IMG/VR virus record: IMGVR_UViG_3300032516_000014
Span: 1-64,000 of that record
Strand: one strand, 5' to 3'
DNA length: 64,000 nt
Source: a virus
Shown here: piece by piece, positions 1-9,624 of the stretch
Layout of the letters: the number at the start of each line of letters is the position of its first letter
Position numbering within the stretch: the stretch's first letter is position 1
Program-made: the position numbers and the translations under genes
The notes under the pieces: model-generated
Database searches by the model: none
What the model was told of the DNA's origin: nothing
Seen by the model: the letters and a program-made list of their open reading frames with translations, nothing else

Positions 1-2
1 GC

Positions 3-161
3 GGCTCCAGGGTGTCCGTGAGGACGCCCGGTGGAGTGAAATCCAAGTCAACAACCCCCGCAAAAGCGGCAGCGCAAGAGCGGCTGCTGAACGCGGTCGA
101 ACATTCGGATTGGCGGCCTGCTGGAAAGACCGCGACCGAGAAATACAAGTCGAAACTATGA
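3..161 (+). CDS. Small basic hypothetical phage protein, 5'-truncated (…VRTPGGVKSKSTTPAKAAAQERLLNAVEH…)
   Basis: Frame 3 is open from the window edge to TGA 159-161, which overlaps the next ATG (ATGA). Confidence 0.6.
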   Translation, partial: GSRVSVRTPGGVKSKSTTPAKAAAQERLLNAVEHSDWRPAGKTATEKYKSKL

Positions 162-337
162 GCACACAAATCGAACCCCCGGAGCCTGAGACGGATTTCG
201 GGAACAACGCGGCCCACGAAACTCCGCAGAAACAAGCGGAACGCGCGGGCATTCACGAAGGCAAAGAGCCGACTGGAGACTCTCCGGTTAGCGAGAATTC
301 GATGGGCGCGGTGATTCACAAGGACCGCCCGGCATGA
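158..337 (+). CDS. Small acidic hypothetical protein (MSTQIEPP…)
   Basis: ATG at 158 is coupled to the upstream stop; the track start at 110 is probably too long. Confidence 0.55.
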   Translation: MSTQIEPPEPETDFGNNAAHETPQKQAERAGIHEGKEPTGDSPVSENSMGAVIHKDRPA

Positions 338-491
338 TGATTTGCACCTGGTATCGCAAGCGGGGGCTAGTTACCAGTCTTGTTTGGAGGACTGACGGTC
401 CGTGGGTGCTTGGCCGCGTTCGTTTCGCGACCTGCACGCATTACTGTTTTGGTCCTTTCTTATTGACGGTGGATGTGCCGCGCAAACCTCG

Positions 492-1856
492 ATGAACGTC
501 GCCGATCTCCTGTCGTATCAAGCCGAGGCATACCCCCGTTTGTTACAAGCATTGCGCACACATGGCGCTGCCCTCGACGGGTCCGACATGGGGATCGGCA
601 AAACCTACATGGCGTCGGCGGTCATCAGAGAACTGGGACTGCCGGCGCTTGTAGTTGCCCCGAAGGTTACGCTTCCAGCGTGGGAGCGGGTGATGACGCA
701 AATGGGCACTGAAGCTTCCCTGGTGAACTGGGAAATGGTGGGCCGCCGGCTGCAATACGGCCACTGGCTGCCCCTGGCGCGCCGGCAAAAATATCCCCGG
801 TTTGCGTGGAACCCGGAGATCAAGTTCCTTGTGTTCGACGAAGCCCACCGAGCAAAGGGGCAGAACACTGACAACAGCTTTTTCGTGCGGGCGGCGCGAG
901 CGTGCGGAATTCCGGCGCTGGCACTGTCTGCAACGGCTGCGCAGAGCCCGGTCGATATGCAGGCGTTGGCTTACCTGCTGCGGCTTTACACCACCGACTT
1001 CTGGAGCTGGGCACGCAAGTTCGGCTGCTACCCGGGGACGTTTGGCGGGCTGAAGTTCGTGGACACATTCGAGTATCGGGTTGCTGTTCTGAAACGACTG
1101 CACCACATGATTTTTGAGCAGCACGAGTTGCCGGTGTTTGGAGGCAAAAAGATTATCGAGCCCCGCGGCATCCGGCTTCGCGCTGCCGACGTGGGGGATT
1201 TCCCAGAGTCGCAAATTCGTGCCGAGCTTTACGATGTCTCCGATCCCGTCCGAGTGGATCAGCTTTACGCGGAAATGCAGCCGCAGCTCGACGAGTTGCG
1301 GGCCAAGAAATCCAATGACGCCGACCTGGAACACCCGTTGACGCGAATACTGAGAGCCCGCCAGGAGCTTGAGCTTCTCAAGGTGCCGACCTTCGTGGAG
1401 CTCGCCCAAGACGCGATGGCTTCGGGGTATTCGGTCGTGATCTTCATGAATTTCACGGAGTCGCTGCAAGCGCTGGCTGCAAAATTGCGCACGCGCAATA
1501 TCGTGGACGGATCTCAAAGCGGAGCGCGCGGAGAGTCGGAGCGTCAAGACATCGTGGATTGCTTTCAGGCCAATCACAGCAATCTCATTTTGCTCAACGT
1601 GCGCGCAGGAGGCGTTGGGGTCCGGCTGCATGACGAGCACGGCGGGCACCCTCGGGTGGCGTTCCACTCGCCCACTTACGGGGCCTACGACTTTCGCCAA
1701 GCCAGCGGTCGGGTGCAATCCGCCTCCGCGAAGAGTAAATCGGTGCAAAGAATTGTGCTTGCTGCCCGGACGGTAGAGGTTAAGATCCAGCACGTGTTGG
1801 AACGCAAGTTAGAAAATTTGGATTTGTTGAATGACGGCGACTGCGTAATACCATGA
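492..1856 (+). CDS. Superfamily 2 (SNF2-like) DNA helicase
   Basis: Q-motif YQ, Walker A DMGIGKT, DEAH, SAT, GGVGVRL, QASGRVQ; ATG 492 preferred to GTG 402. Confidence 0.9.
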   Translation: MNVADLLSYQAEAYPRLLQALRTHGAALDGSDMGIGKTYMASAVIRELGLPALVVAPKVTLPAWERVMTQMGTEASLVNWEMVGRRLQYGHWLPLARRQKYPRFAWNPEIKFLVFDEAHRAKGQNTDNSFFVRAARACGIPALALSATAAQSPVDMQALAYLLRLYTTDFWSWARKFGCYPGTFGGLKFVDTFEYRVAVLKRLHHMIFEQHELPVFGGKKIIEPRGIRLRAADVGDFPESQIRAELYDVSDPVRVDQLYAEMQPQLDELRAKKSNDADLEHPLTRILRARQELELLKVPTFVELAQDAMASGYSVVIFMNFTESLQALAAKLRTRNIVDGSQSGARGESERQDIVDCFQANHSNLILLNVRAGGVGVRLHDEHGGHPRVAFHSPTYGAYDFRQASGRVQSASAKSKSVQRIVLAARTVEVKIQHVLERKLENLDLLNDGDCVIP

Positions 1857-2035
1857 ATCTCACGAATACCACTGGAAACGAAGACCGAGCCATTTCTTGC
1901 ATCACGAAAAACCCCGCGGAGGAGTGCGAGGACTGTATCAACACTTTGGTTGCGATCATCGCCCGGATGGACCGGGAGCTAACGGAGAAGACCGACCTGG
2001 CCGAGAGTCTGCAACAGCAAATTGACAACCCCTGA
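1853..2035 (+). CDS. Small coiled-coil hypothetical protein, paralog of 2045-2209
   Basis: ATGA-coupled to the helicase; NTTGNEDRAI motif. Confidence 0.65.
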   Translation: MNLTNTTGNEDRAISCITKNPAEECEDCINTLVAIIARMDRELTEKTDLAESLQQQIDNP

Positions 2036-2044
2036 GCCCTGTTC

Positions 2045-2209
2045 ATGACACACCTTGCAAATACAACCACAGCCGAAGACCGGGCTATCGACAGGGCGGA
2101 ACAGAACGCGGAAGCGGCCCAAGAAAGCATCCGCGAGCTTGTCTGCATTATCAAACGGTTGAATCTCGTAATCGTTAAAATCTACTATCCCGACGACGAA
2201 ACACCATGA
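2045..2209 (+). CDS. 54-aa hypothetical protein missing from the ORF track, paralog of 1853-2035
   Basis: Hand translation MTHLANTTTAEDRAIDRAEQNAEAAQESIRELVCIIKRL…; stop overlaps ATG 2206. Confidence 0.65.
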   Translation: MTHLANTTTAEDRAIDRAEQNAEAAQESIRELVCIIKRLNLVIVKIYYPDDETP

Positions 2210-3360
2210 GCACTGAAACGCACCAAGCCGAGAGGCAGCATCATCCGTATTCACCGAGCACCTTGCAATCGAGGGAGGCGTGCTGTCACTACGCCCCGCA
2301 CAGCACCACGACCGAGGCAGCTCTTGCTGGGACGGCGCAGCATGATTCCGTTGAAGCCGGCGCGCCGCATGAGAAATTGAGCGACTCGCAGGCGGACGCG
2401 GTCAACCAGTGCCTCATGTTTTTCGACGGGTTGGTTGCTCAGCATCCCGGGTGCACTACTTACACGGAGGCGTATTTACCAGTGGACGACGAAGTAATCG
2501 TGACGGGGAGCAAGCCGCCGAAAGCCTGGAAGGGCACCACGGCGGGCTACGTGGACAAGGCGCTGATCTCCGCCGATCGCAAGACCGGCGCAATCGTGGA
2601 TTGGAAGTTTGGCATGTGGGAGGTTGAAGACGCCGACAACAACTTGCAGGGGATCTCTTACGCCCTGGGATTGTTCCATCTGTGCCCGACACTTGAATCT
2701 GTGACGACGTATTTCATCCAGCCGCACCTGGACTCGATCGACTCGCACACGTTCACCCGCGCACAAGTGCCAAAGCTGTTGCTGCGGGTGAAAATAGTCG
2801 TGGCACGGGCGATGCAGCCCGTCACGCCGCCGAATCCGAACGAGCTGGCGTGCCTGTTCTGCGGAAACCTGCACAAGTGCCCTGCCGTTGCAGAATTGGT
2901 GTTGAACGTCTCCAAGAAATATCGGCCCCTGGAGGTCCCCGCAAACGTGACGCCAGAGCTTATCAAAGACCAGGCTCAGGCCGGTGCGATTTTGAAGTTG
3001 GCGGCGGTCATGGCGGCCTGGGCGGACCGTGCGAAAAAGTGGCTCAACGAGAAAACTTTGGAAGACGAGCATTTCTGTCCGACCGGATACATCCGCGTGA
3101 CCAGCACGCGCCGGATTGTGGAAGACGTGCAAAAGCTGATTGCGATCGCGAAGCGGTTCATCGCGCCGGAGAAAGTGGATGCGTTGGTAGAGATCTCCCT
3201 TACTCCTCTGGAGAAAGAAATTGCCCTGGCGACTGAGCGGGGCAAGAAAGAGTCCACTGTCGCAGAGTTCGGTAAGCTTCTGCTAGAAACAGGAGCCGTG
3301 AAGATGGGTAATCCGTTCGCCTTCCTTCGCGTGTCCAAGAACGGGTCAAACAAAACCTAA
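2206..3360 (+). CDS. Cas4-like PD-(D/E)xK exonuclease (DUF2800-type)
   Basis: HPYSPS..C, GYVD, DWKFG, NxQxxxY, CxxC…CP; typical position beside PolA. Confidence 0.85.
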   Translation: MSTETHQAERQHHPYSPSTLQSREACCHYAPHSTTTEAALAGTAQHDSVEAGAPHEKLSDSQADAVNQCLMFFDGLVAQHPGCTTYTEAYLPVDDEVIVTGSKPPKAWKGTTAGYVDKALISADRKTGAIVDWKFGMWEVEDADNNLQGISYALGLFHLCPTLESVTTYFIQPHLDSIDSHTFTRAQVPKLLLRVKIVVARAMQPVTPPNPNELACLFCGNLHKCPAVAELVLNVSKKYRPLEVPANVTPELIKDQAQAGAILKLAAVMAAWADRAKKWLNEKTLEDEHFCPTGYIRVTSTRRIVEDVQKLIAIAKRFIAPEKVDALVEISLTPLEKEIALATERGKKESTVAEFGKLLLETGAVKMGNPFAFLRVSKNGSNKT

Positions 3361-3362
3361 CC

Positions 3363-4724
3363 ATGAAAATAAAATTCAGTGATCAACTCGCGGGAGCGGC
3401 GCCGATGCCCGAACGTCCTGCACCGGCGCAAACGCCGGAAGTCCGGTTCTCGCCAGCCGTGCAGGAAAACACCCGGACTGCCGAGGTGGAACTGGTCAAA
3501 GATGCTGAACCCGCTGGGGTAGCTCCTGTCGTCCAGGCGGGCTCGAAGTGCTACTCCTGCGGACAGCAATTTCGCATCGACATTTACGAAGGTGATTTTT
3601 GTCCGGTGTGCGGCGTGAATCTCAACGGTCCCGGGGCGAAGACAAACACGGAGCGAGCTCGCATGGACGAGGAAAGGGAAAAAGCCTTGGCCGCGCGCGC
3701 GCAAGGCCCCGGGCCGGCGGATCTCGCACAGCAGGAGATGGCCCCGCCTCCCCGCGCCCGCAAACCTCGTGCGACCGCTGTTGTTGCGCCGGCTCCCGAG
3801 CCGGTGGCGCCGCCGGCACCGGTATGCCTGGCGGGTCCTGGGCGGCCGGTGACATTGCCTCCTTCGACCGTCCGGGTGATGCCGCCGGGGCCTTCCATCG
3901 TTGTCTTGCCGCACGCGCGGCCAGCGAATCCCAGCCAGGCCGTAGCGGTAATTCCCGCTACTCGGCAAGCCGTGGTCCTCCACGATCCATCGACGTGGCT
4001 CGATGAAAACGCAGTCCCGATCAGTTTGGAGGACGTTTACATGCCGAGAATCAACATCGTGCAGAAGGTGGGCGATCTCTCGAACGTTCACATCCACGGC
4101 TCCGTCGTGCTCAGTCAAACGCTGGCGCTTTACGTGCCGGAACAAACCTGCCCGGACGGTAAGGGCGGGTTGCAAAAAATCGAGGCCACAGCGCCGTTAC
4201 AAACCGTCATCGTGTGCTTTCGGCCCATGCAATACGTCGAGAAGGTGCCCGGCGGCGAGCATCGCGGGGAGTTGTTCAATTCTCCTGACGAAGTGCTGGC
4301 CTACGGCGGCACGCTGGACTACAATGAAGCGGCCGCAGACCCAAACAAGCCCTACTTCCAGAAGCTCGCCACAGCGTTGGTGATCTTGCGCAAGCCGGAG
4401 TTTGTCGCCGACCTGGAGAGCTTTCCTTACGAGCTCGACGGTATTCGGTATGCCCCGGCGCTCTGGAGCATGAAGGGCACCGCGTTCACGCACGCCTACA
4501 AGGCAATCGCGACCACGAAAGTGCATGGTCCGCTCCGTGGAAGAAAGTATTTCGAGCGGAGCTGGGATCTCTCGACCCAGCTCAAGAAGTTCCAAGCAAA
4601 CTTCGCTTACGTTCCGGTGATCAAGCTGGGCAACGACACGCCGGCAGGATTCCCGCAACTCATTCAGGAGATTCTGTGCCGACCGCGCACGGTCTCCGAA
4701 CCACCGGCCGGGGAGAGTGATTAA
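3363..4724 (+). CDS. Probable ssDNA-binding protein with N-terminal zinc ribbon and Pro/Ala-rich linker
   Basis: CYSC…CPVC; EDVYMPRINIVQK-type C-terminal domain; lies between the nuclease and PolA; acidic tail. Confidence 0.5.
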   Translation: MKIKFSDQLAGAAPMPERPAPAQTPEVRFSPAVQENTRTAEVELVKDAEPAGVAPVVQAGSKCYSCGQQFRIDIYEGDFCPVCGVNLNGPGAKTNTERARMDEEREKALAARAQGPGPADLAQQEMAPPPRARKPRATAVVAPAPEPVAPPAPVCLAGPGRPVTLPPSTVRVMPPGPSIVVLPHARPANPSQAVAVIPATRQAVVLHDPSTWLDENAVPISLEDVYMPRINIVQKVGDLSNVHIHGSVVLSQTLALYVPEQTCPDGKGGLQKIEATAPLQTVIVCFRPMQYVEKVPGGEHRGELFNSPDEVLAYGGTLDYNEAAADPNKPYFQKLATALVILRKPEFVADLESFPYELDGIRYAPALWSMKGTAFTHAYKAIATTKVHGPLRGRKYFERSWDLSTQLKKFQANFAYVPVIKLGNDTPAGFPQLIQEILCRPRTVSEPPAGESD

Positions 4725-4737
4725 CTCACCGGTCCTA

Positions 4738-4910
4738 GTGCCTCTGAACCGACTCCACCCTTTGTTTGGGGGTTCGTGACAACGACGGAGGCGCATACCA
4801 AACAAGCGCGGACTGAAGCATGATCTTACCCCGTTCGATGGGCTGAGGGGAACACCGGGACGCCCGGGAAACCAAGTGTAAGCCCCGCAGGCTCCGCGTT
4901 TTTTTTTCTT
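4738..4910 (+). promoter_or_regulatory. Structured intergenic leader or terminator upstream of the DNA polymerase
   Basis: Stems 4738-4746/4786-4794 and 4804-4812/4893-4901, followed by a T-run just before ATG 4911. Confidence 0.5.
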
Positions 4911-6797
4911 ATGAATGCCGTTACCATAGACTTCGAGACGTTCTACCACAAGAAGGACTACTCTGTTGCGAAGATGGGCAACTGGGCGTATGTTCATGAT
5001 TCGCGTTTCGATCCGTATCTTGTCTCCGTGTGCGACGGGGAACAAACCTGGGTCGGACAGCCGAAAGATTTGAACTGGACAGCCCTCCAGGGGCGAACCC
5101 TCGTGGCTCACAACGCGGCCTTCGAGCAGCATATTGTTGCCCGGCTGGAGGAATTGAAGTGGATTCCCGAGCTGAACCTGGCGGGGTTTCATTGCTCTGC
5201 GAACATGACCAGCTACCTGTGCGACCGGCGCGCTCTCGATCATGCGTGCGACTTTTTGCTGCATGAGAAGGTGTCAAAGGGCATGCGCGAGTGGATGAAC
5301 GGACGCACTTGGGCCGACGCAGTGAAAGAAGGCAAGGACAAAGAGCTGACCGAGTATGCCCGCAAGGACGCCGAGCTGGCGTGGAGATTGTGGGACCAGT
5401 TCTCTCCGCAGTGGCCTGAGCAAGAATGTTTGTTGTCAGATCTGACGGTCGAGGGGGAGATCTACGGTATCAAGATCGACCAGAACTTGCTGACAGAATA
5501 CCTCGACATAGCCCAAAGGGCATTGATCGTGAATGAATCCCGGCTGCCTTGGATGGCCGCCGGCAAGAAGCCGACAAGTCCGATTGCGATTGCGGAGGAG
5601 TGCCGCAAGCATGGGATTCCTTGTCCGCCGGTGAAGGTCGATGATGAAGAAGGCTTCCAGATCTGGGAAGACAAGTGGTCCCCGCAATTCTCCTGGGTGC
5701 AATCCGTCGCCTCGTGGCGCCAGGTGAACAAGTTGATCGCGACGCTGCGTATGTTCGAGCAACGTTGCCGGCCAGATGGCACGGTGCCTGTGCCTCTCAA
5801 GTATTACGGGGCGCACACTGGACGCTGGGCCGGCACCTCGGGGCTGAACTTTCTCAACTTCCGCAAGGAGCCGATCTACTTGGACAAGGAGTCCATGATT
5901 ATCGAGAGGCACGAAGAGCTGAAGGAGATCCGGCGGAGTGTCGAAGAGTCGGGGCAGCTTCCCGAAGGTGTGTCAAGCGCACTCGACATCAGGAAAATCC
6001 TGGTGCCGCGCGACGGTTACAAGTTCATCCTGGCGGACCTGTCTCAGATTGAGCCTCGTGTGCTGGCCTGGTTCTGCCAGGACTGGGAGTTCTTGGACAA
6101 GCTGGCGCATGGCATGAGCCCGTATGAAGCGCATGCCCGCTCGACGATGGGCTGGAAGGGCGGCAAGCTGAAGGACGAGGACCCGAAGCTCTACAATCTG
6201 GCGAAGATCCGCGTGCTGCAACTCGGGTATCAGAGCGGCTGGCGCAAGCTGCAAGCGACCGCTTGGACCAAGTTGAACATTGAACTCGCTGACTCGGAAG
6301 CGCAGCAAATCGTGATCGACTTCCGGGCGCAGAGTCCTCGGATTACCAAGTGCTGGGAGTTGTTGGGCCGGGCCTTCAAGATGGCCACGCTGCAACACGA
6401 GGAGTTCTTTGACCTGGAACTGCCGTCGGGGCGGGAGCTGCACTACGGCAAGCCGGTCCGCAGCGCCCGAGTGCGCATGAACGAGGACACCGGGCAACTG
6501 GAAAAGGTGTCCGTGATTACTGCGGACGTGGGAGGCCGGCGCTTTTCGTTCTACGGCGGCATGCTTACGGAGAACATCGTGCAAGCTACGGCTCGGGACG
6601 TGTTTTGCGAGCAGTTGCTATCGCTCCGCCGGGCGGGGCACCGCGCGTTGTTCCACGTTTACGACGATGTCACGCTGGAAGTGAAGTCCGAAGTGACGAC
6701 GGCTGAGGTAGAGAAGTTGATGAGCGTTACTCCTTCCTGGATGCCCCGGCTGCCGGTGGCAGCGGAGGCGCAAGAAGCCACGCATTACAAGAAATGA
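4911..6797 (+). CDS. polA: Family A DNA polymerase with 3'-5' exonuclease
   Basis: ExoI DFETF, ExoII HNAAFE, ExoIII YARKD, HTGRW, motif A DLSQIEPR, motif B KIRVLQLGY, motif C variant HVYDDV. Confidence 0.95.
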   Translation: MNAVTIDFETFYHKKDYSVAKMGNWAYVHDSRFDPYLVSVCDGEQTWVGQPKDLNWTALQGRTLVAHNAAFEQHIVARLEELKWIPELNLAGFHCSANMTSYLCDRRALDHACDFLLHEKVSKGMREWMNGRTWADAVKEGKDKELTEYARKDAELAWRLWDQFSPQWPEQECLLSDLTVEGEIYGIKIDQNLLTEYLDIAQRALIVNESRLPWMAAGKKPTSPIAIAEECRKHGIPCPPVKVDDEEGFQIWEDKWSPQFSWVQSVASWRQVNKLIATLRMFEQRCRPDGTVPVPLKYYGAHTGRWAGTSGLNFLNFRKEPIYLDKESMIIERHEELKEIRRSVEESGQLPEGVSSALDIRKILVPRDGYKFILADLSQIEPRVLAWFCQDWEFLDKLAHGMSPYEAHARSTMGWKGGKLKDEDPKLYNLAKIRVLQLGYQSGWRKLQATAWTKLNIELADSEAQQIVIDFRAQSPRITKCWELLGRAFKMATLQHEEFFDLELPSGRELHYGKPVRSARVRMNEDTGQLEKVSVITADVGGRRFSFYGGMLTENIVQATARDVFCEQLLSLRRAGHRALFHVYDDVTLEVKSEVTTAEVEKLMSVTPSWMPRLPVAAEAQEATHYKK

Positions 6798-8989
6798 AAG
6801 CTCTTGCTAACCTGTCAAGCCTGTCCACTTTCGATTGTATCCCGTGGGACTTTCGTTGGATGGCGGACCCGAAGACTCGAATAGCCCGGCAAAACAACAA
6901 GAAGGCCCGACAGGAATGGATTCGCCGGTCCGACACAGTGCACCAATGCTGGTGTCCCTGGGAGGGAGTCAACGGCACCACGCGAATCGCCAAGCCGAAC
7001 AAGGCCGACGAGGGCAACCCGGCCTGGCTGCTGCATGCGCTGGCGGCGGACTTCGACTCTGTGATTGACCTGGAGGAGCTGACCAAGGCACTGGAAAATC
7101 GTTGTCCTTTTGGGCCGCCCAACGAGGTCGAGTGGACCATGACGCCTGGCCACTGCCGCTTGGTGTGGGTGTTAGACCAACCGCTCATGTTCGCGAGTCA
7201 TGAGTTTGCGGTGCATTGCCTGAAGCACATCGCTACGCAAATGAAATTTGCGGGCGTCTTGTCCGGCTTTGACGCCGGGGCGTTTGAAGATCCCAGCCGC
7301 TACTATACCAACAGCGGAGAGTGGCGGCACGTAACCGATGCGCCTCTGCTATCCGCCGCCTTGATCCGCGGATGGATGCAGGAGTCTTCAGAAAAATTCA
7401 ACTGGGCGCCGCTCGGGCTCGCGATTCCTTTGGAGCACGTGGCCCCCGAGCTGGCCAAACTCTTCCCCCGCTTCTCAGAGTGGCCCGGGGATTTCAAACT
7501 CGGGTCGCAGGGACCGTCTTTCTGGGTGAATGGGTCAGTGAGTCCAACATCCGCAATCGTGCGAGAGACGGGCATACAGACGTTTGCGGCGCACGCACAC
7601 AAGGCTTTCTTTTCCTGGTCCGAGCTACTGGGCGCAGCGTTCACAGAGACGTTTCGGGTGAAGCAACTCGGCGCGGCGACGGAGAATGTTTACTGGGACA
7701 CGGAGAAATACTGGCGATTGGACGGCGAACAAAAGTGGATGGGGGTAAGTCAGTTTGACATCTCGATGTTTCTCCGCACGAATCGCGGGCTCTTGGCGGT
7801 CCGAGATAAGACTGGGCATTCACAACTCGACAGCGCGTTGCTTTTCATCCAGGATTATCAGAACCTCGCTCAAGTCACAGAGCGCGTGTTTCAACCTTAC
7901 GGGTTGCTCGTTGAGGAAGGCCGGAGAATTCTTAACGTATCCCAGAAGCGCGTGGTGCAGCCCGTGAATCATCCAGTGACCTGGGGACCGCAAGGCGAGT
8001 TCACGTTCATCAGCATGGTCCTGGATGCGCTGTTTGTTGACGCGGAACAAGAGGAGTATTTCAAAGCGTGGTTGGCGCGGTTCTATCAGGGCGCCTATCG
8101 GTTAAATTTGGAGAGCGGGCAGGCTTTGATCTTCGCCGGAGGTGGGGGCATTGGTAAAACGATGCTAAACGTCGGCATCGTAGGCGGGGTCATGGGCGGG
8201 AGTGAAGATGCAGGCCGATACCTTGCTGGCAAGGACCAATATGGGGGCGAACTTTGGCAGGTTGGGCACTGGGCCGTGGATGATTTTTCGGCCTTCGACG
8301 ATCACGCGGCCAAACAAGCTTTTGCTGAGGGCTTGAAAGCGGTAGTTGCGAACACTATGTTTTCCTCTCGGCAGAAATACCAAGTGACTCGCCGGGTGCC
8401 GTGGTGCGGGCGCGTGCTCATTACGTGCAACCTGGATTCGTTGTCCTCCGATATGATCCCTAGCTTGGATCGAAGTAACGCGGACAAGATAGTGTTGTTG
8501 CGGGGGGTGGAAGATCCGCCCGTTCAGTATGCTTCTCAGTCAGAAACCACGGCCCGGATAAAACGAGAACTGCCTTTCTTTGCTCGGTATTTGCTCGATT
8601 ACAAAACACCGGAGAGACTCATCGGAGCCTCGCGCTTCGGCATTCAAGCTTTCAAAGACAAGTTGCTGGCAGAAGTAGCCCAAGACGGTAGTTTTGGGAG
8701 CACGTTTGCCGACATCTTCATGTCTGCGCTTCGATCTTATTTTGAGACGTGCCCGAAAGAAGAAGCCTGGCAAGGTTCTTCTGTTAGCGCATTCAGACTC
8801 ATCGACGCGGACGGCGGCACGAAGGCGATGCGTTTGTCGGCGATCTCAACCGGGCGGTATCTGTCATCTCTTATGCAGAGGCCAGAGAATCCGTTTCACA
8901 TTTCGCGGCAACATCGAGTGCACGTAAGCTCCTGGTGGACCGTGCCCCGCGAGGCGGTCTTAGAGTATTTTGAGAAAGTAAAAGCATGA
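6794..8989 (+). CDS. Primase-helicase (AEP/PrimPol-like N-terminus plus SF3-like helicase)
   Basis: ADFD and TPGH catalytic-like motifs; Walker A GGGGIGKT, Walker B WAVDD, LITCN. Confidence 0.8.
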   Translation: MKALANLSSLSTFDCIPWDFRWMADPKTRIARQNNKKARQEWIRRSDTVHQCWCPWEGVNGTTRIAKPNKADEGNPAWLLHALAADFDSVIDLEELTKALENRCPFGPPNEVEWTMTPGHCRLVWVLDQPLMFASHEFAVHCLKHIATQMKFAGVLSGFDAGAFEDPSRYYTNSGEWRHVTDAPLLSAALIRGWMQESSEKFNWAPLGLAIPLEHVAPELAKLFPRFSEWPGDFKLGSQGPSFWVNGSVSPTSAIVRETGIQTFAAHAHKAFFSWSELLGAAFTETFRVKQLGAATENVYWDTEKYWRLDGEQKWMGVSQFDISMFLRTNRGLLAVRDKTGHSQLDSALLFIQDYQNLAQVTERVFQPYGLLVEEGRRILNVSQKRVVQPVNHPVTWGPQGEFTFISMVLDALFVDAEQEEYFKAWLARFYQGAYRLNLESGQALIFAGGGGIGKTMLNVGIVGGVMGGSEDAGRYLAGKDQYGGELWQVGHWAVDDFSAFDDHAAKQAFAEGLKAVVANTMFSSRQKYQVTRRVPWCGRVLITCNLDSLSSDMIPSLDRSNADKIVLLRGVEDPPVQYASQSETTARIKRELPFFARYLLDYKTPERLIGASRFGIQAFKDKLLAEVAQDGSFGSTFADIFMSALRSYFETCPKEEAWQGSSVSAFRLIDADGGTKAMRLSAISTGRYLSSLMQRPENPFHISRQHRVHVSSWWTVPREAVLEYFEKVKA

Positions 8990-9624
8990 GCCAGCCTTTA
9001 TCCGCCGAACGCGAGCGCTTGTTGTTCCAGCGTTTGCCGGGCCTTCAGGGGCGCCGCGCGCTCGCGGAGTTGGCGGAGCATTTCATAGGCATGGCTCAGT
9101 CAGAAGCCTTGCGAATCGCAGGCGATCGAATGGATGAGTCGGAAGTGAAGAGCTTGGCCAGCTCGGTGTTGCTGCAAACACTGAAGGCCTTCAAACTAAG
9201 CCGGAACACTCGGTTTTCGGTCTATTTGCGCAAGGCGCTTTTCCAAGAGATCTCAAACCTGCGCGCCGACGCGTTCTTTCGGTCAGCCGATCGGGTTTGG
9301 TATGGCCGGACGCAAAGCGGAGGAGAACAAGGCAGCCGGCGCAATCCGTCCACGGGGACGATGATGCCGGTGTTTCACGGCGGGGACTCGGAGGGAGTTA
9401 ATCTGGTCACGATCTCTCGCGAATACTTGTATCCGATGATGCGGCTGCTACCTCGTGACGATCAACGTTTGTTGCGGGCGTATTTCTTCCGGGGCCTTAA
9501 CATCGTCCAGATTGCGGAACGTCGTCACGTCACCAAGCAAGCAATCTCTCTTCAGCTTCACAAAGCCTTAGACCGGCTGCGTAAGAAAATGGCTCATGCT
9601 CCCATATCCCTTAAAGACCTATGA
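8986..9624 (+). CDS. RNA polymerase sigma-70-family factor
   Basis: Region 2-like AFKLSRNTRFSVY; region 4 HTH NIVQIAERRHVTKQAISLQLHKALDRLRKK. Confidence 0.8.
   Translation: MSQPLSAERERLLFQRLPGLQGRRALAELAEHFIGMAQSEALRIAGDRMDESEVKSLASSVLLQTLKAFKLSRNTRFSVYLRKALFQEISNLRADAFFRSADRVWYGRTQSGGEQGSRRNPSTGTMMPVFHGGDSEGVNLVTISREYLYPMMRLLPRDDQRLLRAYFFRGLNIVQIAERRHVTKQAISLQLHKALDRLRKKMAHAPISLKDL

Noticed and set aside
402-491. GTG start at 402 for the helicase and a promoter at TTGACG 463
   Set aside because: The extension lacks helicase character, and no convincing -10 box lies at 17-nt spacing
2206-3360. Cas4-like nuclease as evidence of a CRISPR system
   Set aside because: No repeat-spacer array or other cas genes; this family is a routine phage replication-module exonuclease
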